Source: Podarcis cretensis
Lineage: Eukaryota
Assembly (NCBI GenBank): GCA_951804945.1
Contig: OX638150.1
Span: 68,324,001-68,388,000, forward strand
Reading direction: 5' to 3'
Length of the DNA stretch: 64,000 nucleotides
Shown here: positions 38,500 to 50,900 of the stretch, piece by piece
How the letters are laid out: the number at the start of each line of letters is the position of its first letter
Numbering within the stretch: the first letter of the stretch is position 1
Notes under the pieces: generated by a model
Seen by the model: the letters and a program-made list of their open reading frames with translations, nothing else
Database searches by the model: none
What the model was told of the DNA's origin: nothing
Position numbers and translations under genes: made by a program

Positions 38500-40506
38500 G
38501 ATGCACAAGACTATGAAACATCTACAAAAGAAGTCCCATTTCTCTTTAAGCTTCACTCATTGCATCACCACCAAAAAATCCATTCTTCTCCTTGCTTATC
38601 CTCTGTGAGCCAGTGAATATCTCGCAACATCTTAATTCGGTTTATCAATAAATAAGCTCAGCAACATTATCAAACTCTCCATACATTTATTTGTGTATTA
38701 TCTATTCTTAAAAATATTATATGATTTGGGCAAGAGATTGGTCTTGAAGTTTGTTACTAATAACGCACAATCAGGGAACTAAGTCAAACAATCAGGAGAA
38801 TCTTCTCCCTTTCGAGTATGACATTTCTGAGTCCTGGCAATTGAGTTCTGCAGAGTAAAAAAACAAACAAACAAAAAACCTGTAGAACACCAGGTGATTA
38901 GTTAGACACTGAGGCTAGAACCCACCCCTTGTTGGGATTCGCAGGATACTGAATAAGTCTGCAGGCTTCAACAGGATGATGCAATACTCTGTGAAGTGCT
39001 GGGTCAGAGTGACTCAGCAGGAGTGTGTGATTAATGTGATTGGCTAGCACCTGTTTTAAAAAGGAAAGCCTGTTTAACAGTGGGTGTGGTTGCTGTGGTG
39101 GTTGTGCTGTGGTGTGGTGATGCTGGGTGGAGAGTATTTGTTCGCCTTAAGGAGCAGGTACTCTGTATGGACTGTTTTTGTAAATACCTGTATATAGCTC
39201 ACATTTAAAAGACTGCACTGGGAAAAACCTGAGACTCTGAGCGTTTCTGCTGAAAGCGCCGCGAGGAATTTCGCGACACCCCCCTGCCATGATACATTTC
39301 TTTTCTTTTCTATTGATTTTTAATAGAAGAAAATAAAAAAGAGACAGAGAAATAAGAGAAAAGTACACATTGAAAATTCAGTTGCCATCATATGATTGAT
39401 ATAGGCCATTCAAGTGGGTACCCAGGTATATCATTGCACCAGCACAAGAATTAATGTTAATGCAATGGGATTTCTCTCCTCCTTGCTTTCCTCACCTGGG
39501 TGTCCCACTGTGTTGCCTATGTTACTCTGCTGGATTTGAGGAATCCCCAGGGCAGGTTAGTTTATGCAGAGGAGGAGAAAGCGAGAAGGGGAGACCGTTC
39601 TGCTACACAAGGAGAACGTAAGAAGCAGCTGCTGGATCAGACCCATCACCCACCAGGTCCATCATCCTGTTCTGCATATGCCCATCTCTGAGAGGCAGCA
39701 GCCACCTTGTTTTAGTAAGGGAGAAAAGCAGAAGAGCTCCTCAATTTCACAGGTATTGTTCCACAAGGAAATCTCAACAGAGCAGAGAAAATAGAGAGAA
39801 AAGGTCTTTCAGCCTTTTCTACTGGAGGACTAGGAGAAGAATGGAGAGAAAGCATTGGAAGGCAACTCAACTGCTCATCAGAACATCCGCTTTTGTTAGG
39901 AAAGGCTGGAAGTACCCCCATGCTGTGCAAACTTCAAAAAAGGTGTCAGGTTTCAATCCTATTCACTTTTCCTTGAAAGCGAGTTCTTACTTCTGCCCCT
40001 TACCTCTGAGGGGCAAAGTGGGGCATGGCTCAGGCAAGATTTGGAACCCTCCAAACTCTCCAAGCCCAAGGTCCAGTCTTCGCCTGTCAACCACAATAAT
40101 GCCAATGCATTTTTAACAACTGAGGGCTTCTGCGCATCTCCTTTGCTTAGTCAGCCATAAAAAGCACTGGCAGCAGATTCCTGCCCTGTTTCCAAGGAGA
40201 GGAGACAGTTGAAAAAAGGCCCAATCAACGATCTCACATAGAAAGGGCTATGGAGGGTGAGAGGGAAGATTCTAATCCTTTTGTGCTGCTGTTTTTTCTC
40301 TCAGGCGCCATGTCTCCATCGAGCAAGACACAAACATAAACTGGGAGATAAGCTGGCAGTGGTTTGGTTACCAGCCTCTCTGCTTCACTGTGTGGCTGTT
40401 TGATCTTTTCCACCGCACACATCTTCTCTTCCTGCCGTGCATGTGATTGTGTGTTTGTGTAAGAGATGGAGAGAAGGGAGATAGAGAAGATAGCCAGGTC
40501 CAGGAG

Positions 40507-40647
40507 CTCAGACCCTCCAAGTGTCCCTATTTTCCAGGGATGTCCCTGATTTAGAGAAGCCATTCCGGTTTCTGATTTTATCCCAGAATGTCCCACTTTC
40601 CCTTAGGATGTCCCTATTTTCATGGGAGAAATGTTGGAGGGTATGAG
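40507..40647. mobile_element. ~140-bp MITE with TIR CTCA(G/T)ACCCTCCAA
   Basis: 13/14-bp inverted termini; related fragments at ~7263 and ~12035. Confidence 0.65.
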
Positions 40648-40892
40648 ACCTACCAGCTGCCCTTGGAGAGAATTGAGGGTGGGTGGAAGGGAGCTAATTT
40701 TGACGGTATGTATAGAATTGGCAAGCTATCCCATTCAATTTTTTCTAACCAAATTGAATTTATGAACCTAAGTTAATTAGGTCTATTAGCTTCAGTGGAT
40801 TCACTCTGAGTGCAACGAACATTGAACCCCACCCAGTTGAGCCGGAATACATTGTGTGGATAATGATAAGGGGTGTGGGGTGCAGAGCTAAT

Positions 40893-41625
40893 TAGAATCA
40901 CAGAATTGTAGAATTGGAATGGACCCCAAGGGTCATCTAGTCCAACCCCCTGCAATGCAGGAATCTCAGCTACAGCATCCACGACAGATACCCATCTAAC
41001 TTTTGCTTTAAAACCTCCAAGGATGGAGAGTCTGTCACCTTCCATTGGAGTTATTTCTACTGTCGAACAGCTCTTACTGTCAGAAAGTTCTTCCTGATGT
41101 TTAGTCAGAATCTCCTTTCTTGTAACTTGAAACCATTGGTTCAAGTCCTACCCTCCGGAGCAGGAGAAAAAAGCTTGATCCCTCCTCCATGTGACAGCCC
41201 TTGAGACATTGGGAAAGATGGAGGGCACAAGGAGAAGGGGGCGACAGAGGACGAGATGGTTGGATAGTGTTTTCGAGGTTACCAGCATGAGTCTGACCAA
41301 GCTGCGGGGGGCAGTGGAGGACAGGAGTGCCTGGCGTTCTCTGGTCCATGGGGTCACAAAGAGTCGGACACGACTGAACGACTAAACAACAACAACAAAA
41401 TCATATCGCTTCTCAGTCTCCTCTTTTCCAGGCTAAACAGGCCCAGCTCCTTCATCCGTTCCTCATAAGGCTTAGTTCCCAGACTCTTGGTCATCATGGT
41501 TGCCCTCCTCTGCACACATTCCAGTTCGTCAATATCCTTTTTAAATTGTGGGTGCCCAGAATCGGAAACAGTATACCAGGTGTGGTCTGTCCAAGGCATA
41601 AAAGAGTAGTACTATTACTTCCCTT
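40893..41625 (-). mobile_element. CR1 3' fragment interrupted by a BovB 3' end (41200-41400, plus strand)
   Basis: [10 protein letters not shown]...[19 protein letters not shown]; the BovB insert encodes [18 protein letters not shown] and has a (CAA)n tail. Confidence 0.85.
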
Positions 41626-42289
41626 ATCTGTACTGGCTTAAGATCTATGTTTTCAAACTGGGCACAGGACTACTCCAACCTCTAGCTCAGAACCATTATG
41701 TTAGTTGCTGGTCCAAGCACAACACCCAAAAAGTTTCCTCAATGGGCTGTCCCCATCTCATCTTCAATACTTGGGCTTCAACATAGCCTTTAAATCACTA
41801 AAGTCACTATGGTGATCTGCGGGCCCTACCCATCCTGCTCACCAAGGGATGTGAATTTACAGATTGTTGGGACATTTCACATAGCTGAATATCTAAAGAG
41901 GTTGGCAGTGGTCAGCTACCACAGACTTTTTACTAAGGCCAGACTGAACGTGTTTCCTTCCGAAATGCTCCATGGCACAAGCAACTTCGGTGCAGCTCCA
42001 GTACAAATCAGAAATGGGCACTGTTATCAGGTGCAGATTGCCCAAAAGCAGCAGCATCATTGATATAACTTTGATACCATTTATCTTGATACCATCAACC
42101 ATGGTATCCTCCAGATACCATTGGCCAGAGAACTGCTAGTGGAGAGGCAATGTTGGTGTGGACTATACATGGGTGGCTAATAAGTAATGGCATAAGGGCT
42201 GGAGAGAGTTGCTGGGGTGGTTAGGAAGGAGATGAGGCAGAATTCACACTTCATGATTGTAGGTGTGATCCCTGAGTTCTGATGTTGGA

Positions 42290-45110
42290 ATCTATGCTCC
42301 TAATGATAAAAAATTGATCTTTTACTCAACATTGGGAGACAAGTTGTTAGAATTGATGGACCAACACCTGATACTGATGGGAGATTTCAAGGGCATGACT
42401 ATACCGGACTTGGACAGATCAACAAGGAAAAAAGAAACAAACGAAGGCAAACTACCTAAAACTTTTTTCGAATTGGTGGATAATATGGGACTAATTGACA
42501 TATGGAGATTCAAAATTCCTACAACAAAACAGTTCACCTTTTTCTCAAACCCAAACCAAAGTTGGGGAAGAACAGATCACATCTGGATCTCGAAAGAATT
42601 AATTATGAGAGCTAATAAAGCGGAAATTCTTCCACAAACACTATCTGATCACAATTCGGTGTACATGGAGTTAAGAGGAAAAGACCCCGCAACCTTCAGA
42701 TGGAGAATGAATGAAAACTTGTTCAATGACCAGAAGATAATAAACAGGGCGAAATAAACAATTGAGGAATACTTTAAATACAACTTGAATAAAGGAAACC
42801 CATAGAAATAGTCTGGGACGCAAGTAAAGCGGTTATGAGGGGGTTTTTAATTCAGAAAAACAGTCACTTAAGAAAGGGACGCAGGTGGCGCTGTGGGTTA
42901 AAGCCTCAGCGCCTAGGACTTGCCGATCGAAAGGTCGGCGGTTCAAATCCCTGCGGCGGGGTGCGCTCCCGCTGCTCGGTCCCAGCGCCTGCCAACCTAG
43001 CAGTTCGAAAGCACCTCCGGGTGCAAGTAGATAAATAGGGACCGCTTACCAGCGGGAAGGTAAACGGTGTTTCCGTGTGCGGCTCTGGCTCACCAGAGCA
43101 GCGATATCATGCTGGCCACGTGACCCGGAAGTGTCTCCGGACAGTGCTGGCCCCTGGCCTCTTAAGTGAGATGGGCGCACAACCCCAGAGTCTGTCAAGA
43201 CTGGCCCGTACGGGCAGGGGTACCTTTACCTTTGCCTTTAAGAAAGGGAAGAGAGAAAAAGAAAGAAGAAATCTTGATACATCTCATGGAGAGCGAGAGA
43301 CAGTTAACATCTAAACCAGAAGATGAAACAATAAAACAAAAATAAAGATGCTACAGGCCCAGTTTTCCATGGTGGTGAATCAAGAAGTAGAATGGAGAAT
43401 TAAAATGCTGAGGCAAAAATTTTTTGAATCAGCTAACAAAATTGGGAAGTATTTGGCTTGGCAGTTAAAGGAAAGGAAAAAACAAAATATAATAGGTAGA
43501 ATAAGGGATGGAGAAAAGATAGTGGAAGACCCCAAAGAAATAAGAAAGATGTTTCAGAAATACTATAAAGAATTATATAAAAAAGGACAAGAGACAGATA
43601 ATAGAATAGAAGAATATTTGGAAAAATATCAACTGCAACATATTAAGGAAGATGAAAGAGAACAATTAAACCAGACAATTGCAGAACAAGAAATCCGGAA
43701 AACAATAAAAAAAATGAAAATGGGAATGGCTCCGGGGCCAGAAGGCATTTTATCTAAATATTATAAAACACTATGTGATCAAATAGTTCCAGTGTTATGC
43801 GAGGTCATGAATAACATCTTAAAAGAAGGAAAAATCCCAGCCACATGGAAGGAAGCCTACATTGCCCTGATCCCAAAAAAAGATGCAGATGGCTTAGAAG
43901 TTAAAAACTACAGACCCATCTCTTTATTAAATAACGACTACAAAATATTTGCTGATGTATTGGCGGAAAGATTAAAAAGACTTTTAAATGGGAAAATTTA
44001 CAAAGATCAAGCAGGCTTTCTTCCGGGAAGACAATTGAAAGACAATGTAAGAAGTGTCATAGACATTATTGAATATTTAGAGAATAGGATAGACAAGCAA
44101 GCGGCATTGATATTTATTGATGCCGAAAAAGCATTTGATAACATCTCCTGGAGATTTATGAAAGAAAATCTAAAAGCAATGGGAGTTGGAGAAGGGTTTG
44201 GAAAAGGAATTGAAGCCATATATCAAGATCAAAAAGCCAAACTTATAATAAATAGCACTAAATTGACTAGATAGGGATGCCCCCTGTCTCCCCTGTTATT
44301 CATAACAGTATTAGAGGTATCACTAATTAGTGATATCACTAAATGGACTAGACAGGGATGCCCCCTGTCTCCCCTGTTATTCATAACAGTATTAGAGGTT
44401 TTTAATAAGAGGCTAAGAGAAGCATCAGAAGTTAAAGGGATCAAGGTAGGAAGTAAAGAGTACAAAATTAAAGCATTTGCGGACAATCTAGTGTTAACAC
44501 TAGAAGAGCCAAAGTAGAGTCTACAAGAAGCCTTACAGAGACTAGAAGAATTCGGCAAGGTGGCAGGCCTCAAACTTAACAATAATAAGACTAAAATGTT
44601 GACAAAGAATATGACCAAGGAAGAGATAGAGGAACTACAACAAAGATCTGGAATTACAGTAGTTAAGAAAGTTAAATACTTAGGAGTATGGATTACAGCA
44701 AAAAATATAAACTTATACAAAGACAATTATGAGGCAACATGGAGGGGTATTAAAAAGGACTTAGAAATACGGGATAAATTAAAGCTGTCATTCTTGGGGA
44801 GAATATCCGTGATTAAAATGAATGTTTTGCCCAGAATGTTATTTCTATTCCAAACTATTCCAGTAATTAAAGGGCTAAAACAACTTAAAGAATGGCAAAA
44901 AACATTAGTAAGATTCGTCTGGCAGGGAAAAAAACCGAGAATAAAAATGAAAATCTTGGTGGATAAAAAAGAAAGAGGAGGCTTTTCCCTGCCAGAACTG
45001 AGTCTATTCTACGAAGCGGCATGTTTAACATGGGTGAAAGACTGGATAAAATTAGAAAACACAGATCTCTTAGACTTAGAAGGTTTTGATAATAGGTACA
45101 GGTGGTTTAC
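42290..45110 (+). mobile_element. Degenerate L1/Tx1-clade LINE ORF2 (APE endonuclease plus RT), truncated
   Basis: ILMGDF...LIDIWR...SDH (endonuclease); NYRPISLLNNDYKIFA, IDAEKAFD, RQGCPLSP and mutated FADN (RT). Contains stops and frameshifts. Confidence 0.92.
42876..43238 (+). mobile_element. Sauria SINE nested in the L1, TSD TTAAGAAAGGGA
   Basis: GGGACGCAGGTGGCGCTGTGG start, (ACCTTT)n tail, direct repeats on both sides. Confidence 0.9.
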
Positions 45111-46339
45111 TGAAAATCAATAAAAATTTAATTTGCAAAAAAATATATAAAAGGATCAAGATCTTTCCAAACCACTGTGATCTCAATAGAATGAATATTG
45201 TTACCAAAGTCAAGTGCCTGTCCCTCTGTCTGCCAGGTGGTGGCAAAAGCCTATGGGGCCCCAGGGTCTGTGTTTCTTTGGAGAATTCAGGATGCGGTGG
45301 AGACTGTCATGGCTTTAATAAGCTTTATTAAGCTATATGCACATTCAATCTGTATGGAGGGAGTCCAGATCTTACAGTTATGGTCCTTCCAAAAGGGGCT
45401 TGTACCCCACAGCAGAGAAGGCAGCCTTCAGCCAGTCTTCCCAAGATGGATCCTAGTTCTTTTCCCTCCTACTTCTTCCTAGCACACTTTGCTTCCAGAC
45501 TTCCTTTTCCTGTCACTTCAAACATACACTCCATCACCTTGTTAACACATTGTGGTTTCCTCCATGATGGCCCATCAAAGCCTTATGTCATGTTAACAGG
45601 TTTGCTCTTCACTAAGCCAGTCAGGCTGGTTTGGATAATCCAGTCCAGGAATTCTCTGTCTGGCACAGCCCTGCAGCTTGTATTTTAATCCATATCCCAA
45701 TTAATCAAAATCCTAGCATATATTCATTTCTAGGGTTTAGGGGGGTCCCCCCCTTAAATCTATGGCAATATACTGCTTCAAAGAGAATCAGAAAATGATG
45801 AAGATGGCCTTCAGGTAATACTCTGAGCATCAGAAGAACACAAGAATACCCCTGCTGGATCGTGCCCATGTCTCTTCTGTCCCAGCCTCCTGTTCTCACA
45901 GCTGACAACCAGATACCTATGGGATGCCTGCAAGCAGGACCTGAGGGCAAAAACACTGGACCCACCTGCTGTTTTCCCAGTAACTTGTATTCAGAAGAAA
46001 ATGGCCTCAAACAATGGAAATCCAAGATGCTCACGCCAAACATTCATGGCTTGTTTTCTCCTATCACCAAATCTTGTTTTCTCTGTGCTTGTTTTCCACT
46101 TCTGGGGTTTTCAAATAATTAAAGATAATAAGTGTGTTTGATGTATATAACATGTTTGTATTGCTTCCTAAGACAACCTTTACAACACCTCTTTTATTTT
46201 ATAGCTTACATGTTGAATGAGAAAGGCTCGTTCCATGGGTTTTCATGATAGCCACATCTAAACTCCCCACCCCCGGAAAATATATATATATCTGAAATCA
46301 GTGTTGGCTAGGAGTACATGTAATAAATTGTTATTTTTT

Positions 46340-46600
46340 GGTGAATACTATATGACATGCAATTTATCACTGGAGTCTTTTTTCAGCTTGCTTTGGCTTA
46401 TGGTCTAGACAAGTTACTTTGCATGCAACTTCCTAAGCTACTGGTTACCCCATATCTCTTGTATGTCCCTAGTTATTGCACAGGAAGGGAACTATTATGC
46501 ATGGTACATTACATTGCTGCCCTCTGTAATGTCCTATTTCCACATGTAAATATTTATTATATGGACTTCTAGCCAACAGAGATTTCTCATATATATATGA
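46340..46600 (+). promoter_or_regulatory. Orphan SPINK promoter copy (inverted homolog of the gene D proximal promoter) ending at the TATA-like box
   Basis: Aligns to the reverse complement of ~30841-31050 (GGTTACC...ATATCTCTTG...TTTCCACATGTAAATA...ACAGAGA..ATATATAT); no exon 1 follows. Confidence 0.7.
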
Positions 46601-47967
46601 GGAGTTTAGATGTGGCTGGCATGAAAACCTATGGAAGCAGATGTCTGCAATTTTGTAATGCAATTTCTTTTGAAGGGGCCACAGTGTCTCCTGATTTCAG
46701 ACTCCCAATTCCCACATTCTGAAAACGAGAATCATATACAGGCCAATTTTTGATACAATGCAAGTCACTGATCTCGAATCGGATTAGGGAGGGGCGTCCT
46801 ATTGGGAAGACCCAGTTTTCTGAGTGCATGTTCTGGAAGTTGGGCAATAGGGGCAGTACAGGATTCCTTTTGGTGTACCGACTTCCCCGCTGCACTAAGG
46901 ATTCCCTGGCCAAGCTGCTTCAGGTCGTGGCAGATGTCTTCCTGGAGACACCTAGTTTGGTTGTCCTAGGCAGAGGCAGAGCTAGCTGCTCTGGCATCCG
47001 TAGCGGCGCACATGCTGTGCACCCAGGGGCGGGGCCAGCACCCAGGGGGCGGGGCGAGCATCCCAGGCCAATTTATATACAGGCCAATTTGTGATACAAT
47101 GCACGTCTCTGGTTTTGAATCAGATGGGGGGGCTACTGAGGTTATTAATATTACATTTATGGGAGCAATAGGATGAATAAAAACGGACTCTTCTTGGAAA
47201 AAAATTGTCCAGTCCTCTTCTGCACAGCCTAACCTGCCTCCCTCGGGGATTTCCCAAATCCACCAGAGAAATCAAGGATACACAGTGGGACCCCCAAGTG
47301 GGGAAAACAAGGAGGAGGGAAATCCCATTGCAATGACATTAATTCTTGAGCTAGTGCAAGGATGTAGCTGAATACCAACTTGGGTGGCATATATCAATTC
47401 ATATGGTGGTAATTGGATTTTCTATGTGTACTTTTATTTCTCTGCTTCTCTTTCTCATTTTCTTCCATTAAAAATCAATAGAAAAGAAAAGTATCATGGC
47501 AGGGTAATGGGTTCTAGCCTCAATGTCTAACTAATCACCTGGCTGTCAACAGGTGGTTTGGGGTTTTCTTAATCTGCAGAAATCCATTGTCTGCAGTCAG
47601 AAGTGTTACAGTCCAGAGGGAGTAGATTAGGCTGATTGTTTAAAACTCAGTTCCTTGATTGTGTGTTATGTACTAATTCTTGCACTAGTGCAAGGATGTA
47701 GCTGAATACTAACTTGGATGACATATATAAATTCTATTCTTAATATGTTTAAGAATAGATAACACACAAGTAAATGTATGGGGAGTTTGATAATGTTGCT
47801 GAGCTTATTTATTGATGAACTGAATTAAGATGTTGCGAAGTATTCACTGGCTCACAGAGCATAACCAAAGAGAATAATGGAATTTTTTTTGGGGGGTGTG
47901 TGATGCAATGAGTGAAGCTTGAAGAGGAATGGGACTTCTCTGCAGATGTTCCATAGTCTTGTGCATC

Positions 47968-50900
47968 TTAAACTCTTCTGCATTCTCCAAAGTGCATTAG
48001 TATCAGCTGTCTATTCTTTATTCTGATGAGAAAAAAATAAATACGAGAATTCATAACATGTAAGTTTCCTTATAACTCATTAAAGATAAATACTATATAG
48101 GTGGGAAAACTAAGTTCATTATTGCCCTAAGTCCTGGGGAGGGAAGGGGCTATGGAAGAATAATGTCTGAGTCCCTGGAGAGCTTCTGCCATTTGCCTAG
48201 ACAATATCGAACAAGATGGACCAGTGTTCCTTTCAGCTCCACCGCTTGGTGGAAGATCCGTCTTCTCCACCCTTCATTGTTGATCTGTGTCACAGAACAT
48301 AGAACTGATTTGGGCATCTTTCCCCTGCCCTCTCCTCCCACAGGAGCCCACTTAGCAGCAGCAACAACAGTACTGTCAGGAGGGTGGTGCATGTGAATCC
48401 ATTTGAGTTTAAAATTCAAGGCGGTCTACAGATTAGCTCTGCTCACCATGTTCATTTAGGCCTCATATGCAACACATAACCCACATTGTGCAAAAAAAAT
48501 AAAAATTCCTGCATTGCAGGGGTTTGAACTAGATGATCCTTGTGGTCCCTTCCGACTCTACAATTCTATGGTTCTCTCCATTCTGAAGGAAATCAGCCCT
48601 GAGTGCTCACTGGAAGGACAGATCGTGAAGCTGAGGCTCCAATACTTTGGCCACCTCATGAGAAGAGAAGACTCCCTGGAAAAGACCCAGAGGTTGGGAA
48701 AGATGGAGGGCACAAGGAGAAGGGGATGACAGAGGACGAGATGGTTGGACAGTGTTCTCGAAGCTACAAACATGAGTTTGACCAAACTGTGGGAGGCAGT
48801 GGAAGACGGGAGTGCCTGGTGTGCTTGGTCTATGGGGTCACAAAGAGTTGGACACGACTAAACGACAACAAAATGATATACTCACATATATTCATTGCAG
48901 AAGTGACACCGGTTGCTATAGGTCTTGCCATCAGAACCACAGTGGGCATGATACTCCTCAGTGCATATGACTTTTGGGTACCCTTGGCAATATTTCTGAA
49001 GAAAAAGGACACAGCACTTATTAAGGGCTCCTCCCCCCTTAACCTCTGGACTGCAAGGCCTTTCTGACTATGACTTGCCTAATAATGAAGCACAGATAAC
49101 AAATACACCAAGTGTTAATTTAAGATATGCATTCAAGCACAGGAAAAGCTGGTTTATCATCCTGCCAAGCAGTGAATTGCATGATAATGTTGTTCCATAT
49201 TCAACCCAAGTTACCACTTCTTCCAAAGACAGGTTGATGCTCCCAGACATGACGTATGTGTGTGTGTGATTCCTGTATTCAGTTCGTAGGAAGAGAATTT
49301 CAGCTCTGTTTTGCTTTAGTGAGCATTGCTCTTCCCAACTATTAACAGGCTGGAAAGGGGCAGAAAGGTACTCCCATCTGAGGCTCTTCCAGCTCTTGGC
49401 AGTCAGAAGGAAAGCTGGGAACGTGGATTATTTTTTGCCATTTAGACTGTGCCAGCTCCACACAGCAGAGAAGTCCAGTGTTTAGGAGCCTTGGGGATTT
49501 ACTTCCAACCTTGTTATCAGCATGTGTACTGACTGTGTGATGGCCTGGGATTCAGATTTGAATGCTGAACCTGAGGAATCCCAGCCTGCACAGGATTCCC
49601 CGCTTCCAGAACCAGCTGAGCTGGGGCTGGGGCATGAGCCTGAAGGGTCCTCACTTGTGTTGGATCCTCAGGTGCAGGCACCAGCTGAGTCTGCTCTGGC
49701 TCCTGAGGGGATGGAGGACCCATTGCCTGCAGGTGCTCCACCCTCAGCCCCATCAGAGGAAGCTGAGGTTGCCTCTGGGTCCGGTAACCCTCCAGCCTCT
49801 CCTGAGCTGCAGAGGCTCAGGGCAGAGAGGCGGAGGGAACTAAGTTCCCTCAGGAGGAGTGCTCGCCTTCAGGCCAGGAGAGGCAATTCACCTGTGGATT
49901 GGGGCCACCCTATGCCTCGGGGGAGATAAAAGCCAGCCAGCCCCAAGTTGCAGGAGCAACATCGTTGGTTGTCAGTAGCAGCCTGATCCCTGCCCTGCTT
50001 CCATGCCGGAGCTTCTGACCTCACCCGACACCCTGCCCTGCAACCAGCTTCGACTTTTATGGACTGCCTTCATTTTGCACCATTAACCTCGGACTGGACT
50101 CGGACCTCACCTCTCGACTAGTCCCCAGGACCAGCACAGACAGTGTGTGTGCTTTCCTCATGTGGAAATTGCAACCTTCAACTTCCTCCCTTTATTTGTA
50201 CCTCCAGCTGGCACCAATCAAGCCTAGAGTGCCACTCGCACACACTAAACAAAATTCTGGAACCCTTTTTAAAGCTTCAAGGAACTTTTATTTGTTTCTT
50301 AAAGAATATTTTCTTAACGCTATCATAATATTTGGCACTTACCGCTTCCCATGATGCTTTAACAGCAACATCTAGAAGCAAAAGACAGAAAATGTAAAGT
50401 TATAAAGAAAATCCGTATATTGAATAACAGTTCATATTAGAACAGTTATTTCTAGGAACAAAAAATGAGCATTGTATCTTCTACATCCCTAGCCGGAATT
50501 AAGATTCCTGGAAGAAATATCAACAACCTCAGATGTGCAGATAACACAACCTTGATGGCAGAAAGTGAGGAGGAATTAAAGAACCTTTTATTGAAGGTGA
50601 AAGAGGAGAGCACAAAATATGGTCTGAAGCTCAACATCAAAAAAACGAAGATCATGGCCACTCGTCCCATCACCTCCTGGCAAATAGAAGGGGAAGAAAT
50701 GGAGGCAGTGAGAGATTTTACTTTCTTGGGCTCCATGATCACTGCAGATGGTGACAGCAGCCACAAAATTAAAAGACACCTGCTTCTTGGGAGAAAAGCA
50801 ATGACAAACCTAGACAGCATCTTAAAAAGTAGAGACATCACCTTGCCAACAAAGGTCCGTATAGTAAAAGCTATGGTTTTCCCAGTAGTGATGTATGGAA

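Noticed and set aside
43348-44274. Longest ORF (308 aa) as a host gene or active reverse transcriptase
   Set aside because: It is a fragment of an L1-clade ORF2 with stops, frameshifts, a nested SINE and a mutated catalytic motif.
49522-49929. Pro/Glu-rich 135-aa ORF
   Set aside because: Lies almost entirely within a GC-rich solo LTR; no recognisable domain.
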